Of a DNA stretch of 64,000 nucleotides, positions 38,152 through 51,700 are shown piece by piece. Source of the stretch: Phoronis australis (lineage: Eukaryota > Animalia > Phoronida); assembly GCA_002633005.1 (NCBI GenBank), contig NMRA01000024.1:248001-312000 (forward strand). The letters run 5' to 3'. The translations under genes were made by a program, and so were the position numbers. Within the stretch, counting starts at the first letter, position 1. Each line of letters begins with the position of its first letter. The notes under the pieces were generated by a model. That model worked only from the letters and a program-made list of their open reading frames with translations, was not told the origin of the DNA and did not search any database.

Positions 38152-39020
38152 CAGGATCTCTTGTCTTTTCTGGCTTTTTTATCATGTTAAGCTATATATG
38201 ATTTCCGAGGCGTTATTTGCCAGCCATTTTACATGCTTCTATCTCGCATGCAAAAATAACTGCGCACTGCTAGAGAGGTTTAACTGTTGATACACACACA
38301 TGTTGATATGAAGTGAAATTCTTCAGTGGCAGACATTTTACCCACGCCATGTGGCCCACCCTGAGATGCCGCCGAAATGAACATTAAAAATCACAATAAA
38401 AAATTTTCAAGTAAACAAATGCTAAACTGGCTGCACATTGCCACAGCAACATTAAAATTACTCATATCGAGCTCGGATCAAAGTGGCCAAGTTCAAACAT
38501 AATATAAAATAAACATGAAGCTATTTAGGTTATGTAAAACATCAGAAAAATGACCAAATTTGGTTAACTTTGGATCGTCATATCTCAGAGATGGCTGATC
38601 ACATTTGTGTCAAATTTTCAGTTACTATGCTTTCTGTACTGTTCCTCAGAACGCCGTTGCGAGGTGGCGTTGAAATGTCCCACTTTTACATGAGGGGCTA
38701 TCAAAATAGGACTTTTATGGTCTTCATGAAATCAATCTAAAATTTCATAAAACGAAAACGAAGTGATAATTTAGAAAACTGTAACATTTTTGAGAATTCA
38801 CCATGAATATTTATGTCAAATGAAATTTGGTAAAACGTTATTGATGCCTAAATATTACTAAAAATAGGGTGGCCACGTGACCTGATTCAAGGCAGATACC
38901 TATAAAGTCCAACATCAAATTCTACTTAATCTTTGTACTTTCAGAAACCATATACTTCATTGCGATTAATGCATTGTTTTTCAATCTGGCTAAATATACA
39001 GGTTTGCTGACAATGTAAAA

Positions 39021-39067
39021 TAATTGCTGGCGGTCTGGTACACGTTGTACCAGACCGCTGGCAATTA
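39021..39067. other. 22-bp-stem hairpin
   Basis: TAATTGCTGGCGGTCTGGTACA-CGT-TGTACCAGACCGCTGGCAATTA: 20 Watson-Crick pairs plus two G.T wobbles on the + strand. Confidence 0.85.
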
Positions 39068-39112
39068 TATATATAATAACATTTACATATATTAATATAT
39101 ATTAATAACATT

Positions 39113-39845
39113 AAACATTTCTTGCCCTTAGAAACTTTGAAAACTGTATGTAATGGTCTTATCCTTCCTCATTTTAATTATGGCATTCTGCTATGGGGGT
39201 GTGACCATAATAGAATATTCAAATTACAGGAAAAGGTTAATTCGCACTATTATCTCTAGTTATTTTAATGCCGATACAGATCCTTTATTTAAGACTACAT
39301 AGATACTCAAAATAAATTACTTGTATGTTGTTGCTATTATCAAAGTTTTCTACAAATATGTTCATAATTACTTACCTTCATTTTTAGCACGTTCAATTTG
39401 ATAACCCGTGGGTCTGTTCAGGAACATTACACTAGGCAACGACATCTTCTACAAACTCCTCGTTGTACTAAATCATTTGCTGAAGATTCCGTTCCAATGT
39501 CCTACCTCATATCATTAATAACCTACCTGAAAGTGTTTCCTAAAATATTTGAACCCATTCGTTATCCACTGTTATAATTTTTTTAAGAACGTTTGTTTTG
39601 AAAGCTATGTACTTGAGTGCACTATTCCCAGCTGCTTTGTGTGTAACTATTTTCGATAATCTCTGCTAGTCTTTTTACAAGTAGTTTTAAATTACATTGT
39701 CACCTAATTTTGTAATTCTGTTTATCTGTAACACTGTATTTTTTATTCTCCGGTGGCTTCGTGGTCAGCGGAGTCTCCACAAGCGTAAATTTGTATTAAT
39801 TGTATTTTTGTCTTAACGTGAATAAAGTGTATTACTACTACTATA
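39113..39845 (+). mobile_element. 5'-truncated Crack/L2-like LINE 3' end
   Basis: Reads KHFLPLETLKTVCNGLILPHFNYGILLWG...IFKLQEK, DPLFK, YKYVHNYLP and CTIPSCFVCN, then AATAAA and a (TAC)n tail at ~39821-39843. Confidence 0.8.
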
Positions 39846-40789
39846 GTAAAACCTAGTTCAGGATTTAGAGACCTGACTCAAGGGTCTAGCAGTGTGCCCC
39901 GTTGGACTCGCACTGTAAGAAAGGGGTCTTGCTTTACTTCACGATTCGATTTTTGACACGTCGCAACAACCAATCACGTGTATGAAACGCCGGGTGTCAC
40001 AAAGTCACAGTCGTGCATGTATTTACCATATTTAATTAAATTCGAGTCCACGAAAAGATTGGATTGTCACGTGTAAGGTTGCCACCAGTACAAAACACTG
40101 TCATTAAAAATGCAACAGCAATTTCTTCAGGCGAAGATGTTAAAGTAATAATTCTCATTTTTGTTCCAGCTTGCTACTCTTGACCTGGTAGAATGGCAGA
40201 AAATCAAGTGGACGTATTCGAAACTCAGGTAAAATGTAGGGTCTGTTTTTCGAAGACTGTATTGTCTTTTGTCTTAAAATCAGTCTACGGATGGCTCACC
40301 ATGTTTCACAAAATCAAACTGATGCTAACAGTTAGAAAAACTCTGATCCAAAGGACAGAAATCTGTAACGTGCTCGGAGCAGACTAAACTCCACAGTCAA
40401 GAACAAGGGATGGACTTTTGACCGTAGACTCTTCGACGTCAGAACCCAGTGGTGGTGTGGCTGCAACTTTGGATTACAGAGGTTGTATGCCACACATCTA
40501 TTCCTGGCCTGGTAAAATGACGTCATGTGGTTCGCATTAATTTGTTCCAACACTCAGAAAACGACTTTTGATACTGTTCAGAAACACTCTCAAAAGACCA
40601 CCCACTACCAAAGAACACATAGGCCAAATGCGCATAAAATATTTATTTTTCTTGCTTTTTGGTTTCTTATCGCTTCTTGGTTATCAGAAAAATGGCAATG
40701 GGGCTATTCGGAAAATTCACATTAAATAGAGGGCGTGCGTGTACTAGTGGTGATAGATTAACAGCCTCGATTTCGCGAACCCTCTACAT

Positions 40790-41935
40790 ACATGGTGAAA
40801 TGGCTTGTAGCTGTGCCAAATGAATCTGAGATTGCGTGAAAAAGGTGCTTCTATGAGAGGAGGCAAGCACGACCTTATACAAAGGTAAGGTTTGTGATTA
40901 TTTTAACCATTATTCCATGTTTGTTCTACTGATGCCTATTAACTGAGGTACTCGCAGATGTCGACTTCGCGGCAGTTGCCAGTCGGGTTAATCTTTGTTT
41001 GCTGTGATGTGTGTTACGATACTTGACGTAGCACTCGAGATCTTTTCGTACATCAAAGCAGAATTATTGTTTGGAATGGTTTCTAAAAGGTTTATCAGTG
41101 AAGCTACATCAATAAATGCTGAATGTTTATGCTGTTAACTCGATATTGGTTAGTGAGTTAAGATTACAATCCAAGCTCAATGCCATGACAAATGGTAGAT
41201 GACAAATATTCATTCGACTATTTGTTTACTCCCTATCCTATGTCTTCCGGAAATCTGTTACACGTTGAAATGGAAATCTATCATGTCTGTTTTCACGTGA
41301 CCTTTGGTTTTTAGGTTTGGGGGTGTACGGTGCATAGGAGATATGCATCGCTTCTGCATCGACCCTGAATGGACAAAAATTAGTTTTAAGCAATTGACTG
41401 CAGCTAACCAGCAACATCTTCCCATCCAGAGCAGATCTGTTGTCAAAGCCTACTTTCTACATCGGAGACAACGAACAAGCTTTGTTACTCCTTTCTCTTC
41501 CCACAGCATTTACACACACCAGCAGTGTTACATGCCACAATGTACAAGTCAGTGGCCCTGGAGAAATGGGGATCGCAGTACGAAGTTACCGTGCCAGTTG
41601 ATTGTTTGTGTATGAAGAGGAACTATATCTGACTGCTACACAAGTCAGCCTCGTTGGTGAGGATACCGTTTCATAGGCAATAAGTCATGTGTTTGACAAT
41701 AGCTTATTTCCTTTCCTGGAAGAAACATTAGGGATTGAAGCTAAAGAAGACCTAGTGACACTCTGATCTAGTTCAGTTCAGGGTCAGATTTTGGGCACAA
41801 AACGAGTCAAGTGATATGCTGTTGGATCTAATTGTGGATGTAATTGAGGCTGAAAGAGGTTACATGAAAGAAAGCCACGTGCCGAAATTGGACCTTTTTT
41901 ACAAGCGCTTCTATAGGCCATTGAAACTGTGAAAT
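40790..41935 (+). pseudogene. SAP-domain / YqaJ-like (lambda-exonuclease, PD-(D/E)XK) accessory gene relic of the ISL2EU element
   Basis: SAP-like LREKGASMRGGKHDLIQR ends at a GT donor (40885), with a phase-matched AG acceptor at 41313-41314. Then come PEW...FKQLT...LP...YFLHR, ATQVSLVGED (cf. ASPDGLVGED), LKLKKT, VQGQILGTKR and PKLDLFYKRFYRP. Many stops. Confidence 0.7.
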
Positions 41936-42139
41936 GAAAACCAAAAGCATCTGGTATAAATGCCTGTCCTTTCTCACCGAGTGACATTAACTTTTTCTTT
42001 CAGACGAAAGGCTTTATACTAATGGTAAAAACTTTTCAATTGGTACACATTATGGGGAAATGACATTCAGTGACTGCATCGATTGTCTTATTGACAGTAG
42101 AAAGGCCGTTAATGTTACACTTTGATGATTGAATAAATT

Positions 42140-43580
42140 TTTCATCAACAGGCAAGTTTGTCACTAATTATTAAAACCACAATATTTCTTCAGTTTTAAA
42201 GCCACATGCAGTGCAGTTGTGCTTATTCTTTATAAAGCTGAAACGATTACCGATTACACTTGCGAATTGTCATTTTCCTATTGACCTCTAGAAATTGCAG
42301 CGATCAAAATGAAGTATTCCCTTTGTTTGCATTTGATTTGTTTGTGTAATTATTTTTAGAGCTTTCTTAAGAAGGCCTTTGAACAATTTTATGTTTTGTG
42401 TTAACTTGGCCACAACAAAAGTTCCACATGCAAGAAAAGTATGTCTTCAATTGTAGCTAGCTGGATAAGTATCTGTTATGCACAAGATTCGAGAATAAAC
42501 AATTATCAGTGTATTTAAAAAACAAAATGGCAAACTGAACAACCACATACATACAAAGAAACAACATTGTTAAAAACAATTTTAATTTTCCCATGAAACG
42601 GAGTCCATAATCAGGCATATCAAGGGCTGAATTTCTGAATTAGGTTCAATTCTCTCAGGTTATTACTGAAGGATTGCTTTTCACTTTGTCCAAAGGTAAA
42701 ATAGACGGTCAGGCGTCTGGTTTCAGTTGTTTTCTCTCACCTGTAACCGTAGAATAGTCAGAGAAATGTTAGCAAATTTTAAAAGAAAACACAAGACAAA
42801 ACTACTTTAGTAAGGCAGAACATACTTGACGTTTCATCTTCATGTTTATATGTAGAAACTAAAAATCTTTGTACCCAAGTCTTATTTAAGATCTGAATTA
42901 AACTATGTGAAACAGGCTAAAAGTGATTTAACGTGTATTTTTCACGACACCTAATGTGCTTCTGACCTCAACAAGTAAAATTCATTCTAGGTGTCAATTT
43001 TTATTCCAAATGCAATGTTACCACGTTTACTGAATAGCTTATTCATGTTAATTCGGTAACTAATCTGGTAGTCCTGGGAGTGGGGTCCGCTATAAAATAA
43101 GGAAACTGACACATCTAGAGAATTTTATAGCTTTGAAGACAAACTGCTGTGATAAAGTCCCCTTGACTTCTGATCGTCACGTACCATACACCTCATATAT
43201 TGGGCGCACTCCCAGCCCTGGCGGACAATATGTGAATATGTGCTGCTAGCCTACCCGGCATTCGATTCTCGGGTGAGTTTCCGAAAAAAAAACACTTAGT
43301 TCCATTCAATAAACCCATTATTCAGTGGGGTAACTGGTGGGGATAACATCACCGAACGATGTCGATAGAAACTTGATTGCTAGAAACTTACCAAGTAACG
43401 TTATGTAGTCTCGAAAATGGGGCTTCGGCATCCACACACTTTTTGTCAGTGGGTTGACCCTTTTGACCGCAATTGTCCACGAATCTGTAGTAACCTTAGG
43501 TCTTTTGGGAATTTGTGACCACCTGTCGAAGACTTGCACCTGGGAAAGTAGCAATAATAAGGCTGAGCGCGACGACGCAT
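42140..43580 (-). pseudogene. THAP + Harbinger-type DDE transposase relic of the ISL2EU element
   Basis: ATG at 43580 reads MRRRAQPYYCYFPRCKSSTGGHKFPKD, then after a frameshift WTIAVKRVNP....WMP, then a GTAAGT donor at 43391. Weak DDE C-terminal-like traces lie at ~42140-42490. Confidence 0.65.
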
Positions 43581-45929
43581 TTGGATAACAATCCGTCTTT
43601 TTACTAGCTGTTGACATGCAGACAGCGACGCATGTTCAATTCAATCACTACTAGTACAGCAGCGACACCGTGAGGAGAATTCTCCGAATAGCCCCATTGG
43701 GAGATTGCCGTGCTCAGCGTTGTACTGATGTGCCAGTTAACATCTCCATTAATCGCGAAGACCTCAACCTGGAACACCGTTGCAAGATTGCCCAGCGAAA
43801 CATGGCTTTCAGCATTTGCTATAGGAAAGCTTGGAAAAAAGATCCCTGCACCAGGTTGGCCGTTTTCCAGTTTACAACTGTCCGTGCAACACATCACCTA
43901 ACTTGTGTTCTTCTACAGGACGTCCGTCAGCAATCTCCTTGAGAGAATTTCTCGTATTACTTTAAATACTGACCAGTACATGACTAGGCATGTCCAATAG
44001 TTGTCCAGTTCTGACCATTAGCTTATTACACTCGTTTGTGTGACTTCTGTGTGCAATAGAATCGGGGATGTGAGTTAGCACCTGAGACGACACGCTCCAC
44101 ATGTGGCTTTACCTGGCCTGAGGTGTATGCACAGTGGTGGCAGACTAATTAGTTAATTAGGTTTGTTGATATCTGTAGTCTGTTTGAATACTATTACCCA
44201 TGCCGACATTATAGGCCGGGTAATGGCAATGTAAATCCAGAGCCTATTCTTGGAAGACATTGCCCAAATTTTAACGACTACACGATTACATCTCATCAGC
44301 GCAGTCTTAGCTTTCGAGGTTTTTTCTATAATATGCGGAGTCTAGCAAGGGCGATGATGTAGAATGAAGGACACCAAGGTAAGTCGCCTTATGTACAAAA
44401 TGGCTACTATTAAGGATGAAACCCGAATTGACCGTTTAAGCTTCCTGGTGAACGTAACCACCTCTGTTTTGCTGCCACTAATTTCTAAACCAACTGAATT
44501 GGCCCACGTGGCTGTTGTATTCAGTGATGTCAGAGCAAAGTAGGGAGATGTGTCGGGATAGATGCTGGACACACTGAAAGCAATATCGCCTCCATAGGCT
44601 TGAACATACAAATTTGGACTCGTGGTAGCCGATTTGTCTCAGAAACCATGTTGGAGAGGGTGGGTGAGGCAACGCTACCATGAGGTGTGCACCTGGTGGT
44701 GCGAACCGTTATATCGCTTGGTTCGCAAAGACTAGGCGTTTTAAAGCAAAATCCTGACCGCGTTTTTAGACACAAAATAATATTTTCATTTAAAAAATCT
44801 GCTGGGGGGTTATTTAGCTATGAATGTATCTTTCTTGCACATAATAATTCGATTTAAAAACGTGGTCACGTGACAATAATGAAACGATACAGTCATTAAG
44901 AAGTATAACAGCTTAAATAAATTAGCATTAGAATCCTCAATCCTTCTCCTTTCAAAAAATCCCTTTTAATGGTTTACAAAGCATGGTTTTTCATCATCTG
45001 AATTGACCTTACGCCAACCAGATCGCTCCGCCTATAATGTCACGTGATGCGTAAGTCCGACAGCAGAGAATGGCTTCCTCAAGCAAGACTGGTATGCTAG
45101 AGATGATATTCACGCAGACTTTGGCGAACATTATCTTCCCTATGAATCTCGCCATGACAAAGACAGAAGGCAAGAGCCTTCAGAAAAGGTTCCTACGGGA
45201 ACGGGGTGAAGATTACGTCGACTAGCCTAGGACACCTGACGATGTTTCACAAGTCAACGCTAACTCGGCGAGCCTCATAGTAGAGTTGACATCAGTGTCG
45301 ACAAAAACTGCACGAATGCGGTTAAAATAATAGTAAAAATCCTTAATGAATAAGAGTTCTTCCCTCAAAGCAAAGCGAACGTTTCACGAAACCTACTGAG
45401 CTGTCACGTAACAGTTTAGCCGACTGGAGAATTTCATGTCCAGTGATCGCTGATGGTCGAGCCGGCGCCGTGACAGACACACGTACAGTATTAAGTCAAA
45501 ATTCGGAGTAACTGTAACCATTCAAATTCACATTTCAACTGTAGTGATTTTGATGAAGCAACCGAGACACCAGCCTACCCGGCCGGCCAGTACTTGAGTG
45601 GTGACCGTGGTTATAGTGACCTCCGAAGACAGATTAAACAAAGCACACTTGCCGACTGCGGAATGTTGCCAATCTTGTTTTATCTGAGTTATACATGTAT
45701 ACTATACGTACATGTCAACCAATACGGGCACTGCGTATTTGCTATATGCTTGCCGTTTCGGTAGTGCCACGGCGTATTCCCAAAATGGTACGTATTTTCG
45801 GTAATTAATGTGCATTTTCTCCGATGTTTATGGTAAAGTTTTCAATCCTTCGCTTTGGCTTTTATTGGCAATCTTTGTCGAATAACAACATATCACGACA
45901 GCACGGGTGAGAAACAACATGACCGCCGG

Positions 45930-46240
45930 TCCCCTAAATCGTAACAATTTTATACGGTATTGGGCCATTAATAGGCCAGTACCGTATTTAGGGCCGGGCG
46001 CCAGTATTGGCCATGGGCTGACTTACTTCCAGTACTGGCCCAGTACATTATTGATGGCGGCTCTGTACCGTATATAGTAATGGGCCAGTACTAGGCCAAT
46101 GCCAGAGTGGTAGTGGGCCAGCTTTATACGATACTGGGCCATTAATCAGCCCATACCGTATCCAGCTGGGCCAGCATTGGTTCAGTAAATTTCACGAAAT
46201 GATTCTGTATATGCAGTGTTGGACCAGTATTAGCATAACA
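45930..46240. repeat. Clustered palindromic subterminal repeats of a CACTA/EnSpm-like element
   Basis: Repeated (T)GGGCCAGTA(C/T)TGGCC(C/A)-like and TACGGTAT/ATACCGTA motifs in both orientations; candidate CCC terminus at ~45932. It lies directly 3' of the DUF4806 gene. Confidence 0.55.
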
Positions 46241-46492
46241 GAGAGCGGAGTGTGTTATATGTAGTCTCCTTAATGCTGCTATTTGGTATTAAAAAGTTTT
46301 ACCTTTTTGCTCAATGTTTGGTGTGCGTAATGAAAAAGTTCGGGCAATGAACAATGAAAAGTGACTTTACTGTACATGTTTATTGCCATATCAACAAGAA
46401 TATATATGGTATGGTTCTTGTCACTAATTCTAATATTTCTGAGTCTCTATGTTTATTGTACTGACTATTTTATAATAAACATTCAAAAAAAT

Positions 46493-48717
46493 CTAATCTA
46501 AATCCGTTTGCACTTCATTATCCTCTTCCTGTTGTTGCTGTTGCTGCACTAATCTGTTGGCCAGCTCCCTTCGCCTTCTGCCACCTTCAAGGTCAGGGGC
46601 ACTCCGTAGCCAAACTCCGAGAAGTTTTTCAGCCTCCACAGCATTTCCGCCGTGGAGTTTGACAATGGCCCCTGAAATAAATGCAGATTCAATAAAACTA
46701 ACACACCAATACAGTTTGAATTGTTATCACGTGAAGATGAGAGCCAATGCTGGTAATAGACTTATTTGCGTTATTGAACAACCAAAAACTTCTCTTTAGT
46801 GTATGGGCCAGTTCTCACGGAATTTTGTTCACTTATTTATGATCTATGGTCGGATATTGCGTTTGATTTCAAACAACGTAGGTAACATGGGTCATCATAA
46901 ACAAAAACTTAAGACTTTGATTAATATCTATGTTGCACAGCTGTTCACATTTCAGGGTTCATTTCATTAAAACAGTCAGCAACTAAGTCATTTACTGTTC
47001 AAAAAACTTATCAGAATAGCTGTAAATATGTTGACTGTAAAGCGACCAGTTCCGAACAGTCAGATAAATATTCATATTAGCTGAAATGTTCAAAATGAAC
47101 TCTCAAAAGTTGTGTTTCAGTTCTCAAAATAATCGCATCCTTTTTGTTTTAAGGACTTTTTTATAAAAACTCAGAAGTCCCATTTTTGATAGCTCTGACT
47201 TATAAAAGTGAAATACTTTATAGACACTTTCGGAGAACTGTAATTAAAGTATAATATCTAAAAGTTTCAAATGAATATGGTGAGCTATTTCTGAGATACG
47301 ATGTTCTGAAGTTAGCCAAATTTTGCCCTTTTGTAACTAAAGTATAGCTCAGCTCAAAGCAAAAAATAATAATTTTACATATAATAGTAATTGTAAACAA
47401 CTGTGTGATGAATTAAGACTGTGCAATTGTCAAAGATTTAAAAAGTATAAACCCCCTAAAGATGAATTGATTAAACTTTAAGAAAGATTTTCGAGAAATC
47501 GCTAACATTACCTTGACTTGTAATACTTACCAACGATTGCTTCACTCAGCAAGAGCTTTCCAAATGCTCTTTTATGGACGTTTCCCTGGGGGCTCTTCCA
47601 CCCGGTTCTCCCAGCCCAGTTGAACATAAGTGTCACGTCATGCGCCAACACATGAGATATTATACGACGACATGACTCTTTGGCGTTTAATCCACCAACC
47701 AGGATGAACTTTTGAATCTAAAAAAGAATCATTATCAATATGATTTGTATACCATTGTCCAGGTCTAAAGATAGTATCAAAATTAACTTTTGCTTATTTT
47801 TTGCAGTGTCATATAACAAGTTAAAACTTTTAAAAAACACGCTACACATAGAATAATGTGCATTAATTGTGGGATTTCTATACGCATCAGTTTGAAGTCA
47901 TCAAACCTTTTTGAAAGAGAAATGAACATTTCATCACAGAGAAAAAACTACCAAAAAAGATCAATCTTAAGATCAAATGAACTCAACTGACTATCTTGGT
48001 CATGTCTTTTGTTAACTGACCATATTGACTTTCTCTTTTATATGTTTTATTCCTTCAAAATTACTATAATTATCATTTATTCACACTCACACCAAAAACT
48101 GAGACAAATAAATAAAACAGAAGTATGATAGCAACATACAAGGACAAATCCGAAACCGCAGCAACACAAAATGAAGGACTTTTTTCAACTGTGATCCTTA
48201 AACTTTATTTCGCAAAATGTACAATGCAGAATGAATTTCTTTTCAGAATTACAACACAGTTGTGGTAATAACCATCAATACCATAATACAGTACAAGAGT
48301 TATCTAAATCAGTTGAGTTTAATAAATGAAACAAAGCAATCTGGAGAATTTAACACACTGACCAAGCCAGAGATAACTAATCAGATAAAAGGCATCACAA
48401 CGATCAAGTGGCTCTTTAGCAATAATAAAATTACACATTTATTTTTCTAAGAAAGACAAACTGTCTTACCAGCTTATTCTTCAGTGAGGAATCTTGACTT
48501 AGCATTTCCTTCAGTTGATCGACCTTTAGCCTTTACCGATAGCCTTTAGGCGGAAACGAGGCAATGACGTACAGGTGTCATCACCAGTGAAAGAAACTTG
48601 CTATTGTAAGTTTATATTGCTTCCCCAAACGTTTCTTCTGAATCTCAAATTCACGAACAAGCTGCTCCAAGCTCACCTGGATCTGGGACAAAGTCTTAAT
48701 AGTTTCTCTCTCAAAGC
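46493..48717 (-). pseudogene. Spliced DUF4806 (BEN-like) gene, three exons: 48717-48470, 47717-47531, 46671-46493
   Basis: GT-AG introns with matching phases (0 and 1). Reads FERETIKTLSQI...VDQLKEMLSQDSSLKNKL | IQKFILVGGLNAKESCRRIISHVLAHDVTLMFNWAGR...KRAFGKLLLSEAIVG | AIVKLHGG...GVWLRSAPDLEGGRRRR...LD*. The GG..RR..NWxG..KxxF and WL..APDxxGGR motifs are DUF4806-like. The first exon has two compensating frameshifts and in-frame stops. Confidence 0.75.
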
Positions 48718-51700
48718 CTACAAGTTAAATTATGAACTTAACAACTCTCATTTGGTATAGCAAACAATTTAATGTTTTGTAGCTAATATTGTGACATGGT
48801 TTTCCCGTCTTCAAAAATTCTGTCAAATGCCAGTGACTAACGACCGCATTAACATTTTGCATACACTAGAAGCAATTTTTTCAGACAAACGACACCAAGT
48901 TGAATTCTTAAAACGTTGCTACACGAGCTTTAACATACTACTGTACTACTTTTAAAAAAGCGTATTGAGCCCCCATCACCATGTCGAAAATGGCCAACTT
49001 CAAACTAAAATGAAATAAGAAGGAAATCGATAATAAGCCAAAAAACACCTAAATGAGCTCCACTCCAACCACTGTAAACAACAAGCTGTGATCTTGCCTC
49101 ACGTCACAATTTGATGTTTTGAAAACAATTGACATCGCCACTGAGTGGGATGGGTTTTACCAGGGAATAAACGTGCGTGAAGAAGTTCAATATATACAAG
49201 ATATGTCTATTTCTCCTGCGTCGTAGCAGCCTAAATTAGGGCTATCTGAAAGTCAAACCTATTGCATCTTAGCCATCTAAATTATTAACACTTTTTTCCA
49301 ATTAAAGTCTATATACACTGCTTAAAAAGAGTCAAAGTCATAAATAAATACTTAATTAGTCAGACAGACTACGATAAGAGAGAAAATTCAAGAGGACATT
49401 TAACAAATGTGTATCAGTCCATGGTTTACCTTTTGAGGACCCTGGCCAGGACACTGTCGTTAGGGTCTTCGCTTTTGCAGCCCAGGTCGTCTAAACGCAC
49501 ACATATATTTCGAAAAATCGAGAAAATTTATAAAGCGAAGCTTTTGCGGAGCGTACTAATTTACTGGACGTTTAAATTCAATAAGTCAAAGTTGCGAATG
49601 CAAAACTATATTTTTTAAGAGGCCCCTCTTTGGCAAGGGATAACGGAGACAACTTTCGTTTTATTTTTTTCTCGAAACTGTATATCACTTGAGAAAAACT
49701 GATGACCTGACAGCTAACATCAATTGCTGCGCATTTCCTGATATTTGAAAATACATATATTTTCATATTCAGGAGCCCCACCCTTGAAGGAGGCCATTGA
49801 TGATATTCAAGTGGTCACCTTTTTGTGTTTTTATTGACAAATTCTTACGGGCCGCTCACGGAGAGAGGGCCCAATGTTGGAATCGATTACCTCTATTTTC
49901 CTGTTTTTTGGGAAATCGTGCTTTCATGTTGAAGGAGGTCACTCCCTGTCACGTTTTGGGACCACACGCGGTGGAATGAACTGTCACTTTTTCCAAGCTT
50001 AATGATGTTAAGCCTTTCATCTTAAGGTACCCCATTTCAGACGGTGCCCTCTCTCGGTAGAGCAGTTCGGGGTGAATGTCCCTTTGTCCCTCTATATACA
50101 TGTATATCTGCGCGTACAGGACAAGTGTACACAGGCACTATATCTGCGCGTGCACTACAGGTGTAAACAATCATTATGGTTGATAAAATTTATTACAAAT
50201 GATTCTTTAAAAAGATTAATTTTGACAATTTCTAAGAATGGTATGACATGTTATAAGATGTTGATAAGAATTAATATTAACGAATGGTGTAATATAAGAT
50301 CTAAGTTTTTTCATCAGCCCTAAAACGATCCTAAGAATAATGCTGTAAACGATGATCAGATTGATATATGTGAACGATGATCAGTCTGATTAGAATTCAT
50401 ATCAACCAAAATGGAGGAGCAAGCTTTTTACACAAGCATTACTTATTCTAAGTTTAGAAAATATGATTAAGACAGTGAAGAAGACGAACAGCACACAATG
50501 TCTAGTTTGTTACCTACAACTTCATTAAGATTGACGGTAAATATAAGGGGCAAAACTAAGCCTTTGAACTAGCAAGAACCAATGTATAATGCATACACGG
50601 AAGTATGCAACATTCAGGGCACGGACTTCTGGGAGTGAGAGGCGACACAACAATTTGTAATCATCGGCACTAAACATTTTAGCATCAGACATATTACATA
50701 GATTCATTCACGTAAGTCAGGCAAACGCATTTTAATTAATAATTCACTGGTGCTACATGCCACCCCGAAGTGTTGTACCACTGGGTTCCACTTCAATTCC
50801 GTCCTGCAGTCATTCTGTTACTGCTTATGAATTTCTGTAATTCCTTCACGTTTCGTCTCTTACAGTGTATAGTTGGTAAACGTAAATTGAAACATTAGAA
50901 CGTTCAAGAAACCACGTGTAGTTAGATGTTGCAACAAGAGGGGGGGAGGGGTTACATATATCAAACTTGACGAATATCCGTGGCGTTTGGCGCATTGAAT
51001 TTTGGAATTAAATGCTGAATGACGTCAATATGTACATGTGTCTTAAGACGCTACGCAATATTGTCACAAGTCAAACTTTATTAATTCTGCTAAAACTAAT
51101 GGTTGCCTGAAGGTATTTCAATAAATATAACATACATTCATTGACTGGCCTTGGTGCATTACAAGCTTTAAGGTGTAAGACATATCAAATCCAAATAGAA
51201 AAAATATTCTATAAAGGGTTCGTCTCACCCACTTGTTAGACGAAGTACAGGATCTAGTTCCTCTTTTTGGTTATACTAATTGTCGTAGCTCGCTACTTAT
51301 ATACAGACAATGTAAATCCGTGGTCATGACCGTAATATAGAATAGCGGTACATAGGTAGACACTCTATATTCATGGTCATGAATAGCGTGCTACCTATAT
51401 AGACATTCTAAATCTATGGCCATAACCATAATATTGAATAGCGCACTAACCCATGTATGTAAATCCGACACTGCCAAGTATTCACGAAGGAAGCTGAGGT
51501 TGCAAATTCATCAAAAACACAAAACACAAAACATTCTTGCACAGCACAGCCATTCGACCCAAACAACCAAAACCTTGAAAAAAATACAGTGGGATTGCCG
51601 CCATCGAAAGGGTGGAATTTTAAAGAACGTGAAGACCACCACTTGTGAATTACATAAAAGGACTGACTATTTTCGATGGTTAGTTATAAAATAATGTTAT

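Larger units (their letters stand above)
40700..43695. mobile_element. ISL2EU-type (PIF/Harbinger-related) DNA transposon, internally deleted and degenerate
   Basis: AT|GGGGCTATTCGGAAAATTC...GAATTCTCCGAATAGCCCC|AT: 19-bp TIR with one mismatch, AT TSD, and a subterminal TGTACTAGT(G/A)GTGAT at both ends. It holds two convergent decayed genes. Confidence 0.85.
40200..44720 (-). mobile_element. Degenerate RNase H-bearing non-LTR retrotransposon (I/Loa/R1 group), interrupted by the 40700-43695 element
   Basis: RT motifs TPHGSVASPTL (cf. PQGSVLSP) and VQAYGGDIA...W...GLEIS..KTEVVTFTRK (cf. YADD) at 44342-44720; LISLPPL at ~44150. RNase H CTDSCKLE..GAGIF...LGNLATVFQVEVFAI at 43700-43897 continues as IAIF/DNQEAI beyond 40699. 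Confidence 0.8.
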
